DNA of 64,000 bases from Macrostomum lignano (lineage: Eukaryota), in NCBI GenBank assembly GCA_002269645.1, contig NIVC01000125.1, positions 1 through 64,000 of the forward strand, given 5' to 3'. Both the position numbers and the translations under genes were made by a program. Each line of letters starts with the position of its first letter. Position 1 is the stretch's first letter. This document shows positions 13,071 to 25,614 of the stretch, in pieces. Under the pieces are notes generated by a model. The model searched no databases. It saw only the letters and a list, made by a program, of their open reading frames with translations, and was not told the DNA's origin.

Positions 13071-14921
13071 TCGAGGGAATCGGGAGCGATCTCTAGAGGG
13101 AATCGGGAGCGATCTCTAGAGGGAATCGGGAGCGATCTCTAGAGGGAATCGGGAGCGATCTCTAGAGGGAATCGGGAGCGATCTCTAGAGGGAATCGGGA
13201 GCGATCTCTAGAGGGAATCGGGAGCGATCTCTAGAGGGAATCGGGAGCGATCTCTAGAGGGAATCGGGAGCGATCTCTAGAGGGAATCGGGAGCGATCTC
13301 TAGAGGGAATCGGGAGCGATCTCTAGAGGGAATCGGGAGAGATCTTTAGAGGGAATCGGGAGCGATCTCTAGAGGGAATCGGGAGCGATCTCTAGAGGGA
13401 ATCGGGAGCGATCTCTAGAGCTTGAGGAAATCGGGAGCGATCTCCAGAGCTTGAGGGAATCAGGAGCGATCTCCAGAGCTTGAGGGAATCAGGAGCGATC
13501 TCTAGAGCTCGAGGGAATCGGGAGCGATCTTTAGAGGGAATCGGGAGCGATCTCTAGAAGGAATCGGGAGCGATCTCTAGAGGGAATCGGGAGCGATCTC
13601 TAGAGGGAATCGGGAGCGATCTCTAGAGGGAATCGGGAGCGATCTTTAGAGGGAATCGGGAGCGATCTCTAGAGGGAATCGGGAGCGATCTCTAGAGGGA
13701 ATCGGGAGCGATCTGTAGAAGGAATAGGGAGAAGCAAGAGTGATGTCTAGAAAGAATCGACAGAGATCTCTCGAGGGAATCGGGAAGAGATCTCTAGAGG
13801 GAATTGAGAGAGATCTCTATAGGGAATTGGGAGAGATATATAGAGGGAATTGGGAAGAGATCTATAGAGAGAATCGGGAAGAGATCTCTAGAGGGAATTG
13901 GGATGAGATCGCTAGAGGAAATCGGGAGAGATCTCTAGAGAGAATTGGAAAGAGATCAATAGAGAGAATCGACAGAGATCTCTCGAGGGAATCGGGAAGA
14001 GATCTCTAGAGGGAATTGAGAGAGATCTCTATAGGGAATTGGGAGAGATATATAGAGGGAATTGGGAAGAGATCTATAGAGAGAATCGGGAAGAGATCTC
14101 TAGAGGGAATTGGGATGAGATCGCTAGAGGAAATCGGGAGAGATCTCTAGAGAGAATTGGAAAGAGATCAATAGAGAGAATCGACAGAGATCTCTCGAGG
14201 GAATCGGGAAGAGATCTCTAGAGGGAATTGAGAGAGATCTCTATAGGGAATTGGGAGAGATATATAGAGGGAATTGGGAAGAGATCTATAGAGAGAATCG
14301 GGAAGAGATCTCTTGAGAAAAATTGGGATGAGATCGCTAGAGGGTATCGGGAAGAGATTTAAAGAGGGAATTGGGATGAAATCGCTAGTGGGAATCGGGA
14401 GAGATCTCTAGAGGGAATCGGGAAGAGATCTTTAGAGAGAATCGGGAAGAGATCTCTAGAGGGAATCAGGAAGAGATCTCTAGAGGGAATCGGGAAGATC
14501 TCTAGAGGGAATCGGGAAGAGATCTCTAGAGGGAATCGGGAAGAGATCTCTAGAGGGAATCAGGAAGAGATCTCTAGAGGGAATCGGGAAGATCTCTAGA
14601 GGGAATCGGGAAGATCTCTAGAGGGAATCGGGAAGATATCTCTAGAGGGAATCAGGAAGATCTCTAGAGGGAATCGGGAAGATCTCTAGAGGGAATCGGG
14701 AAGATCTCTAGAGGGAATCGGGAAGATATCTCTAGAGGGAATCAGGAAGAGATCTCTAGAGGGAATCGGGAAGAGATCTCTAGAGGGAATCGGGAAGAGA
14801 TCTCTAGAGGGAATCGGGAAGAGATCTCTAGAGGGAATCAGGAAGAGATCTCTAGAGGGAATCGGGAAGATCTCTAGAGGGAATCGGGAAGATCTCTAGA
14901 GGGAATCGGGAGCGATCTTTA
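13071..14921. repeat. 22-24-bp minisatellite GAGGGAATCGGGAGCGATCTCTA with an internal 212-bp higher-order block
   Basis: Directly visible; GAATCGACAGAGATC at 13754, 13966, 14178. Confidence 0.97.
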
Positions 14922-15699
14922 GAGTTAATTAAAAAAACCAAGGCCAAAAGACAAGTCCAACTGCATGCATATGAACTGGCGCAGACAGTGCCAGACGAAC
15001 ACACAACCGATTTGCAATGCGCATTATATTGTAGCTTATTTAACGTTCACGATAGCCTACTATTAGTAGGAAACAAAGCAAATAAAGAGTATGTTCATAT
15101 TTCTGTGTACGACGGGTGAAAAAGACGGATAAAAACCAACGATGAATACAAAATAGCTGCGTATAAAATATATTCTAGTTAATGAAAACTGTAGGGCTTT
15201 TGAGATTCATTTAATTTTTACCGTAAAAACAGTTTTGAAAAGTTTATATATTTATAATATTAAACATCAACAATAGCTAAATAGCCGTTTTAATTTCTTA
15301 CTGAACACTGAGTATTTCGCCAAGTAGTGAGTCACTGCAAGCCAGTAAAATGGCTTATTCAGAATACTGGATAGGCATGGCATGGCATGCAGTTACGTCA
15401 TCGAGATTTTCAGTTTTTAAAAAGTGAAAAATAACTTTTGTACAGATAAAATACCGCTTGAATAAAAATACTTCTTTGTTTTTGCAAGAATAAGTTTAAA
15501 TTAGTTATTAATGACGATTAGATATGCGACAAAAAAATCCTTGGGTAACATTAACTTAGATACTGGTTAATTGAATCATTGCTGTGGTACGAACCAAAAG
15601 AGGTCTGAATAATGTCAAGCTTAAAAATTCAAGGAAGTTCCCGCTATGACATACGGCGGTTACAAAAAATCCCCGCAGTGAGAATGTTAGGGTAATTCC

Positions 15700-16300
15700 T
15701 GATATATAACAGTTAGGGAGATCCCTGCCATATAACAGCTAGGGGAATCCCAGCAATGAAACAGCTGGTGGAATCCATGCAATAAAACAGCTAGGGGAAT
15801 CCCAGCAATGAAACAGCTAGGGGAATCCTAGAAGTGAAACGGCTAGGGGAATCCCATCAATAAAACAGCTAGGGGACTCCTAGAAGTGAAACGGCTAGGG
15901 GAATCCCATCAATAAAACAGCTAGGGGAATCCTAGAAGTGAAACGGCTAGGGGAATCCCATCAATAAAACAGCTAGGGGACTCCCAGAAATGAAATGGCT
16001 AGGGGAATCCCATCAATAAAACGGCTAGGGGACTCCCAGCAATGAAACAGCTGGTGGAATCCCTGCCATAAAACAGTTAGGGGAATCCCAGAAATTGAAA
16101 CGGCTAGGGGAATCCCAGAAATGAAACGGCTAGGGGACTCCCAGGAATGAAACGGCTGGTGGATTCCCTGCGATAAAACAGCTAGGGGAATCCCAGCAAT
16201 GAAACAGCTGGTGGAATCCCTGCCATAAAACAGCTAGGGGAATCCCAGAAATGAAACGGCTAGGGGAATCCCATCAATAAAACAGCTAGGGGAATCCTTG
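15700..16300. repeat. 26-bp minisatellite AAACAGCTAGGGGAATCCC...
   Basis: CTAGGGGA at 15843, 15869, 15895. Confidence 0.93.
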
Positions 16301-16601
16301 TTGAATGGATAAGAAAATCCTCGTAAATATTTTAAATATTTCGAAGTCATTGCTGTAAAAATAAGAGAAATCCCCACTACAAATCGTTTTGAGTAATTCC
16401 AAATGTAAAAACACCAGGGAAATCCCAAGCATAAATAATTAGAGTAATCAATTTACGCAACAGCCTCACAATGCAATACGTTAACGGAAAACACGAAAAA
16501 ATGTTTCTATTAGGCGTGATTCTCGCGTTAATGCTCATGCGTCGATTGCTCATGATTAAAATGATAATAATTATTGATAAACCAGCAGCAATCAAACAGC
16601 T

Positions 16602-18705
16602 TCACAAAGCATCAGGATGCGCAGTCTCGGCATTGAGCCGGTGCACCAAATCTAAAGTGTACTGAAGAAACTCGGGCCTGTGCAGGATCTTCAGGTGCTC
16701 GGCGCCAGGTATGGTGAAGTTAAACACCGGCTGGGCCTGCGCCCCGCCGCCCCACAGATCGGCGCAGGCGGCCAGACTCCGGCTGTTCACCGTGCCGTCG
16801 CCGTCGTCCCAGTCGACGTCCGGCTGAGCGTCCGGCCAGTCGGCGTTGCTGCGCCAGATTAACCGGCCGGGCGTCTTCAATCCGTAGCCGTAGACGCAGT
16901 GCACCTGGACAGTAATTCATTGATATTCAAGCATTTCAGATTTCTTTTATTTTTGCCTACTAATAGTAGGCATCAACGAAAACTAAGGGAAAACCGATTC
17001 GCAAATTACAGTGGCGAATTACAGAGTAGCACTAAAGAACTGAATCAAGACCGAACAAAGACTTTAAGACCCCGCCAATAGTTTAGGGAACAAATAACCT
17101 CATCAATAGGGTAGGTAACAAAGACCCCAACCAATAGATGATTAAACAAAGACCCTAACCAAGACCCCAACCAATAGATTAAACAAAGACCCCAACCAAT
17201 AAATGATGAAACAAAGACCCCAACCAATAAATGATGAAACAAAGACCCCAACCAATAGATGATTAAACAAAGACCCCAATGAATAGATGATTAAACAAAG
17301 ACCCTATCAATAAGTAGCAATTACAGAGCCCACCGTAATGACAACCAAGACAAACAAAAAAACGACTGCACAAAGATTAGTTGAGACAATTAAAACAAAC
17401 AAACCTCAACACCGGGCGGCAGGTCGGGCCGGTAGCCGGCCACAGCGGCGGCGCGCATGCGGCTGCCCAGCTGATAGCCAATATCGACAAAAAACTGATC
17501 GTACTCAGCGGTCGAATAGTTCCTACCCGGCCGGCTGATCAGAGTCTCTCCGGCTGGCCAGAATTGCGGATGCGGCATCAGCAGCGCCGTAGACGTCAGC
17601 GAGCGTTGCAGCGGTCGCATGGCCAGCGGCCGCTCCAACGGTATGTCCAAGCTGTCGCCGCTAGACATCAACCGGAGAGCTTTAACGGCGCCGCCTAGCG
17701 GAGCGGCGACGGCTAGCAAAGCGCGCACGTGACGCCGTTTCCAATCTGGCGTCTGCTGTTGCAGCATGGCCAGCGTCACTGTGTTGCCGTAGCTGTGCGC
17801 CACCAGCAAGCAGGGCCGGCCGGCGTTGGCAGCCGTGGTGGCTTCAATTAGCGACTTCAGGTCGGACTGCGGGCAGCCGATTGTTGAGCAATAGCTTCTT
17901 TTTAGTGAGTGGGATTCATTGTTAATACATGTACAGCTTAAAAGTATTTCTTAGATTTGTGAAATTGGTATTTCTATGGCTTCTTGAAACGGGTATTTCT
18001 ACAGGTCTTGAAATGGGTATTTCTAAAGGTCTTGAAATGGATATTTCTACAGGTCTTGAAATGGATATTTCTACAGGTCTTGAAACGGGTATTTCTACAG
18101 GTCTTGAAATGGGTATTTCTACAGGTCTTGAAACGGGTATTTCTACAGGTCTTGAAATGGGTATTTCTACACACCTGAAACTGGGGATTATCATGCACGC
18201 CTCGCCTAAAATCGAAGGGAGCTCCGCGCAGCGTAACATTCCTCCGATAGCCGTAGGCTACCAGCTTGATCGCCAGATCGTTAAAATAGGCGCTCGCAGA
18301 GATTTTCGAATCGTCAAAGTATTCAACCGTGGCCGTGTCGCCGAATCCAGGCACTCTGGTGACCACTTTCGGCGAATTCGATGTCAGGTTAGTAGCCGGA
18401 TCGAACACTAGGCGGAAATCGTCCACCAGACAATCCACAGTGCCGGCATTCAGCAGCTCCAGGTTGAGCCAGATCGGATAGAAGTCCGCCGTCCGCTTCG
18501 AGCACCAGAAATGAGGCACCGACGGTTTGCCGTCCAGCCGAGCCTGAATCTGGCTGCCGCCGTCGCCGGGGATCAGGACTATGGGAGTTTTCGGCTGGGA
18601 CTGATCGGCGTAGCGCAACACGCTGGCGTCTGCTACTGGAGGCACCAGTAGAAGATGCAACAGCAGCAGCAGCGGCAGCAACGGCGGATGCTGCTGCGTG
18701 AGCAT
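16602..18705 (-). CDS. PLA2G15: Lysosomal phospholipase A2 / LCAT-family lipase-acyltransferase, 3 exons, ~431 aa
   Basis: Exons 18705-18175, 17866-17405, 16904-16602 (phase 0, GT-AG, 1296 nt). Signal peptide, VLIPGDGGSQ, lid WLNL, GAPFDFR, nucleophile AHSYG, DGDGTV and EHLKIL complete the triad. Confidence 0.88.
17115..17310. repeat. ~28-bp minisatellite AAACAAAGACCCCAACCAATAGATGATT, lipase intron 2
   Basis: Directly visible. Confidence 0.85.
17983..18172. repeat. 24-bp minisatellite starting at the lipase exon-1 donor
   Basis: ACAGGTCTTGAAATGGGTATTTCT, ~8 copies; causes the false ORF extension CRNTHFKT. Confidence 0.93.
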
Positions 18706-20222
18706 TGCTAAGCTAAATTTTCACTCGGCTTGCTGAAAAAATAGAATTTACAGTTTACAGTACAATAAAAATGCGCCACATAAACTACTTACTAAGTAGC
18801 TTTTGAGCTGTTTTAACTATAGTCTGATAATATAGGAGACTATAAGAAAATTTTCCATTTCTGAACTTGAAGATTAATTTGTGCACAAGCTATATGAGAT
18901 GCTATTTTTAACTATGAACTGATACACAAAGTCAGTGATAAAAGCACAGAAGAAAAATATCTAATTAAATCCCCGTTAAAAGCAGACTCATAAGTGCTAC
19001 ACAACTGGGATAGAGGTGAGACAAAGCTTTAAAGCTAAGGTCGGCAAAGTATTTTTACCTTAAGGGCCAGATAAAAGAACCTTAAGGGTTGAGAGAGAGA
19101 GAAGAGGAAAGGAGAGATGAAAGAAGAGAGGAGATGAGAGAGAAGGGGAGAGGAGAGGAGAAAATAGGATAGGAGAGAAGAGAAGACGCTGAAAAGAGAC
19201 ACAAACCCTGAGCTGGCCGCATTGCTATTGTGAAGATTCAAAGGACCCGATGGCCGGATAGAGAGGCTTCGCAGGCCGGAGTTTTCCGACCCCAGGAAAG
19301 CCAAGAATTAAGAAACTAGGTCTTGTCCTTCCATCTCACATTAAACAAAACAGGCATAAACTTCACTTGCACACGCACTATCAGCAATCTAAACGCAGCT
19401 AATTTGTAACAAAAGTACTACATTTCTGCATTCGAATAGCTAACCACGTGACAGCAACGAATCTGGCGCTAAAGTATGTATGTAAACAATCTACAATCTT
19501 TAAGCAGCAGAAGTTTAAGCAGCCACCTACCTTATCGAAAATCCGACTTGTTTAATGTAGTTGAAAATAACATTAAATGCAACTAATGCAATTCATTCCT
19601 CTAAGCTTTTTATAGACAGTCAATAATGCCACCGATTTCACTTGTGCGTCAATTTGCACAGACAGATCTGGGCAGAGGGTGACGGGCATGAGTGACGCCT
19701 CAGGTGTATTAAGCTAGAGGGTGGGCATCTGCTCGTTGCTGTCCTGTTATGCCACAGGTGGGTCAAGATAACAAAAGTTGTTGATTTAGTAGGCCTAATA
19801 GGCACAGCAATGCCTAGACGCTTTTCTCCAGACAGGGCATCTTAAGCATAGTAGAAATTGCCAAATAGGGAATCAAGCTAAATTTCTAGTGAATAAATAG
19901 TCGAGTGGATTTTAAAGTAGCAGAAAATTCAATATTATTCATTTACATTATTCACATCGAGATATTTACAACATATCGAGCAGATTTCAAGTGACAAACT
20001 ATATGTAGTCAAAACAATGCATAATGCATAATGTTTTCTATAATGCATAATATGCAGTACAATGTAATGCAGTGATAGTTTCAGTATTATCATCATATCC
20101 AAAGCTAAAATATGAAATGAATAGTTTAAAAAAAACTAGAGTTCCACCATAGCTATGGATATGGCAACAGGAAGTTATTGATATGGAGGTTTTTAGACAG
20201 AGCATACAGATGTGGATATGGT

Positions 20223-21099
20223 CAGTGTTGGGCACTGTTAATGAAAATCTTAACTTCTGTTTATAGCAAAAGCATTAGTGTTAAAACAAAAAAATCTTAA
20301 CTTTTTAACTCCTAATTTCATTAAGTTAACTGAAAGTTAACTGATAATCATTAATAAGCATTAATCCATTAAAGTTAACACAGAAAATACGGAAATCCTG
20401 CATGTTTTTTCCAAAACAGATTTCGTATTGCACGTCTTTGCTATTCCCTCTTTTTAGCGAAACACAGAGGTCATCTAAGCAATTTGAAAGCTAAAAAAGT
20501 AATAAATAATCATTTTAAAAACTTGCATGCATAATACTACTAAAAGTAAAGCATATGGTAAAAAGTAACTTATTTTATTTGAAACTTAAAAGCTAATAAC
20601 GAGAAATTCATAATTAAATATGCATAGGAAGGTTGTTTCAGTACCATTAGCAGGCGCAGCAGAAAGTTGCGAAAGATTGGGACAGAAGTGAATCAAAGCG
20701 ATCAATGCTCACGCGCAAGAAATAAAGTTTCACACTATTTTAATTCATTATTTTAAAGTTTATTTGTAAGAAATTGTTAATTACATGTACATCTGTATGA
20801 TCATCGTCATAAATAGAGATTATATTTAGGCATATAGGTAAGCTCAAATACGTTCATAATGTTTAAACTTCTTGTAAGACTTCTATTTTCGTTCCTTCTT
20901 TGTGTCTTTGGTCATTGACATAGACACTACCGTTAATGATGAATTTATCATTAATTCACAAAATTTTTAACGCAAATTTGTTAATCCGTTAGTTCAAAAA
21001 AATCTTAACGACAGTCCATTAACGTTAATGAAAAATCTTAACGCTTATTAATGCTTATTAACGGATTAATGCTTATTAACGGACTGGTGCCCAACACTG
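20223..21099. mobile_element. Non-autonomous hAT-type element (877 bp)
   Basis: TIR CAGTGTTGGGCAC at both ends; perfect 8-bp TSD GATATGGT (20215-20222, 21100-21107). Confidence 0.88.
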
Positions 21100-23072
21100 G
21101 ATATGGTTATGGGAACACATATTTCCTATATTTAGTTCCCATATCTACACCCTTCAATAAATTGAATGAGACTTGAAAGACTGTTAGAGTCATTGATTTG
21201 ATGAGTGGGGGTAGAGCAAAGTGAGCTCTTAAGCCCCTGGGTTAAGGGACTCAAACATATTTTTGACACTATAGGAAAAAAGAAAAGGGAAAAGAAAAGA
21301 CAGAATAGACAAAAAGGCAATTACATTGATAGGAATTGAGCACTATAGATGCATTCTATAGAACTCTATTCATAACTGTATTCCTGTGGCTATAATAGCC
21401 AATAGTGAGAGGTCCCAATGCCTAATGCCAATGGCACACTGCAACCATGGCAAGAAAGTTATAGAAAATTCACTAGCTATGGATACAGATATGGAGATAG
21501 TTAGGCTACAAGAAAAAGAAATAAAAAGAATATAAAATATGACCATAGATATATATATAAGAAAATTTTGATTATAGCAAAACTCTAGAAACTTTAATAA
21601 CTAGTATAATATTAAACTTCTACTTTACAATTATTTCATCTAGGCCATAATAGTCATATAAATACAAGTTCCATTAGGCAATACATAGAAACTTTTTAGA
21701 TTTAGTTATATAGATTTATTGTCAACATAGGCCTATATCTATTGTTAGTTGGTAGGCAAAAAATGGCCAATTTACCATAGACTATTTTAGCCAATAGCTA
21801 ATCATAAGTAAAGCAGTTAGTTTTATTAGCAAATAAGCATATAAAGATAAATAACAACTATTAGTCTAGGCAAAACTGAGTCAAGTCATGTTTGCAAGCA
21901 AAGAAGGATAGATATAAACAGAACCATACCAAAGTGACAAAAGTATTTATTTGACTTTATAACACAAAACCATGTACATCAATAGACAAATGCCTTCTGA
22001 TTGGCAGGGGTTAAAACCATGCACACTGGCAAGCACAAATATATAAATGGGTAAGGTTAAAGCAATAGCAAACAAGAATGATTAGTCATAGAAGGGAGAG
22101 AGAGAAAGAGAATGAGAAAGAGAAAGAGAGAGAAAGAGTGAAACAATGTGAAAACTAAAGTTTACATTTAAGTATTTAATATTGTTAACATATATAATTT
22201 TATTAGTTATAGTTTAAGAATGTTATGAATAAGTAATACAATAGGTTTGGATTTAAAGGATAGAATCTCATTTTAAGAAATCTAGAAAACTTATAATAGA
22301 TAACTGATAACTAAACAATTTTTGCCAAAATTTGAGTCACTAAGTAACCATTTTTGAGTCTTAACCTATTTAGTCAATACTTTACCTCTTTAAATTTTTA
22401 ATTAAACCATAAAAATGTTCAAGCATTTGATAAGAAAATAGCTTAATGATTCAGAAAAACTTAGGCTACTTTAATTAAGTCTACTTTGTCTTTGCTAGCT
22501 AGAAAACAAAAATTTTTTTAGATAGTTCCTTTTATATCATTATAATATTTAAATAATAATAGATAATATTAGATAGTTATAGTATGCCTATTTGTAGGCC
22601 TATACTAGGCTTGCAAAACACAAAGAAAATATATTAGCTATTTGTATAAAAGGCTATTAATCTAAATAATTAAGCCAATAAATATTATTGAAATTCAATA
22701 ACAATTCTATATAATAGAAAACTAAAGTATAAATAACAGCTCAAGCAATAAACTTATTATCAAAATGGCTAGCTTGTATACATTAAGTTTCTTTGACAAT
22801 AATTGGGCCTAATAAATAAGAATAATAAGAATAATAAGTATCTAGTAACTCTAATAACTAGATACTAGTTACTAGATATTTAGTTATCTAGTCATAAAAA
22901 TAAGTATCTTAGATTATAATAGTCATACTCATAAATCATTCATGAATCATGAATCAATAGTCATGAATAAATTCCACTTAAATCATTTATATCATCTAGT
23001 GGCTAGTGTCATTATCAGGCAAAAAACTAAGATTAAAATAGTCTTAAATTTAAATGCCAACTTTTGCTATTA

Positions 23073-23686
23073 GCCATATTGCGGAAGGTGTAGTATACGC
23101 CGGAAAATTCCGGCGTACAAATGCTTTAGCTGGCGTACATCTGGCGTACAAACGCTTTAAGTGGCTTACATCTGGCGTACAAATTCTTTGGCTGGCGTAC
23201 ATCTATCGTAACCGGAGGAAATGCAACCTCCAAGCACAATCATCTGCTTACAATTCTTAACTATACTTGTTCAAGCTTTCAGCGCAGCATACATAAGCAT
23301 TGATGTACGACACCATTACGTAAATTACGCTAAATAGGTAATAAAGTTACTTTGCAAAGTTATGACAATACATTAAATATTTAAACAATATATTAAAGTT
23401 TTTTTTTAAAAATGTATCTTAACTAGTAGTAAACATAAAAACTTTGTTTTACTAATTATTTTCGTTTTTTAAACGATGTACATTTTTTTTAATTTTACTT
23501 TTTTACGGTAATTTTTTGCTGCGCGCCTCGGCATGCTTCTTTCATAGTTTTTGTGCTTGTTAATAATGCATTTTTTATTGGCGTACAATTTACTAGAACC
23601 CTTAATTGGCGTACTTTATTGGCGTACACTTTACTATATAGCCAGATACTTTCCGGCGTACATATAACACGATCCGCAATATGGGC
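23073..23686. mobile_element. MITE with GCC(C)ATATTGCGGA TIRs and TA flanks
   Basis: Left TA|GCCATATTGCGGA, right TCCGCAATATGGGC|TA; GGCGTAC subterminal motifs. Confidence 0.7.
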
Positions 23687-25614
23687 TATTAGTACCAGGC
23701 GCATAGGCAGGATTCACATCAGGGGGGGGGGGCAGAGACATAAATTCATCTCTGATGGAAGCGATGGAAGCAAAATACAAGGCAGTAAAAAAATACCTCC
23801 TCCAGGGGGAGGGAAACGTTTTACAATTTTTACAATTATATTCCACTAAATTCCGTTAAAATATTCAACAACCTTTCTACTTACAGCTGAAGTCGACTTA
23901 GTAATTACTTATTAAGTCCGACTTGGCTGCATTCTGCAGCAAATGTTTGCCTATATAAACTAGAATAGCCAAACAAACAACTATTTCGATTTAGGTTTGC
24001 GCAGTGTCCATGAATTTTTTTCATGTTAAAGTGTCAATTTTTAAGCGGTTGTTTAGGCAAATTGCTTGCTAAAAGTTATCGCAGTTTTATTAAAATTAAA
24101 CAAAAAACCTTGATAAAAGCAATATTCAATACTGATATTCTAAGAAATTATTATAAGCAGTTGTTTTTATTTATAAACTATAGAAAAACTGCATTAAAAG
24201 CGATCATTTTTATTTTTCCTTTGTTTGGTTACCACAAATCACTACTGTACACACACGGACTATACGGATACGACGATTACCCGTAACCCAGGCCGAAGCA
24301 TAAATTTGTAAAGGTAAAGTGCAGCGTCCACTAAATGCGCCATAAATAGATGTCAGTTGAGGACTTACTATGGATCGAATTATACTCGGCAACAGTCAAA
24401 AGTAGCACCCATAGCGAGAAGAAACTTTTGTGAGACTCGCGACTGAAGTAGTCCTAGAGAGAAATTTACACTCTCACTGCTCAACTCCTCAAGTAAATGC
24501 TCATTATAAGGGGTGTTGATTCTAACTGTTGCTACAGAATCTATTGTGCGAATGACAAGGTGTAATGAATAAATGTACAGAGTCCTTTTATTTAATTTAT
24601 GAATTGACAGCTCAGCTGTAAGATTCCTTAGCCTTGGTCGCCTTAACTTGTCTTAAAATAGAGCAGAGGGAAACAATAAGTATTTAAAATAAGTAACCTA
24701 ATTTCCTAATCTTCAATAATGTAAGAAGTGTAAATAATTTCCAATTTAATAAACTTAGTTTCAGATTATTGAAAGTAATACTATTTGTAGCTATAATTAA
24801 TGCTATATTATATGAAGTTCTAATATATTGTTGTAAAACATTTTATTTATTTTATTTATTTATTTATGAATAAACAATTACAAAACCACAGTCAGTCAAA
24901 TTTACCTAATATATTCACATTACAACTCTAGTTTTATAAAATATAAATAAAATATTCATATTTTTTGTTTATCTATAAATTAGATAAGCCTTTGTTATTT
25001 ATTTAAGGTTGGCATGAGTCTAAATACATGATGATGATTATACTGCAATATAATAAAATTATAAGAAACACATTATCTTTAAACCCCTTAGCAGGATTGG
25101 TTAAGGATTTTTAAAATAGAAAAAGACTATATAACAATTGTTTTATTCTTGAATTGATTAGTGATATTCCTTTTAAATATATCATTATGTGACAACTTTT
25201 TGACCCTTGATTCTAATTTTGAAAAATATAGGTTAGCATTAGCCATTCTTTAACAATATACTCCAATAATTTACTTTTTTATTTTTACCCAAGTGTCTTT
25301 GAATGCAAGAGCAGAACTAACAGTTTGGCTTTGGCATAATTATAAAGGCTTTTTAATTTTCAAGAATAACTTCTACTACATGTGTTTGCTGGTTACTAAA
25401 TAGCAAGTAAAAATATTTGGCAATGAAGTCATTAATTTAGAATATTTTAATCATTATATAGTTTGATTGCAGTCTCCATGCTGAATCACACTTGATAGCC
25501 AGGTCTAGCTTTTTAGAACAAACTTGCTGTAAGTTGACAACATCCACTTTTCTCCTAATCAAATCTGCCCCAATAACACTTAATTGCATGCCTGCCCATA
25601 CCAGAGACTCAGCC

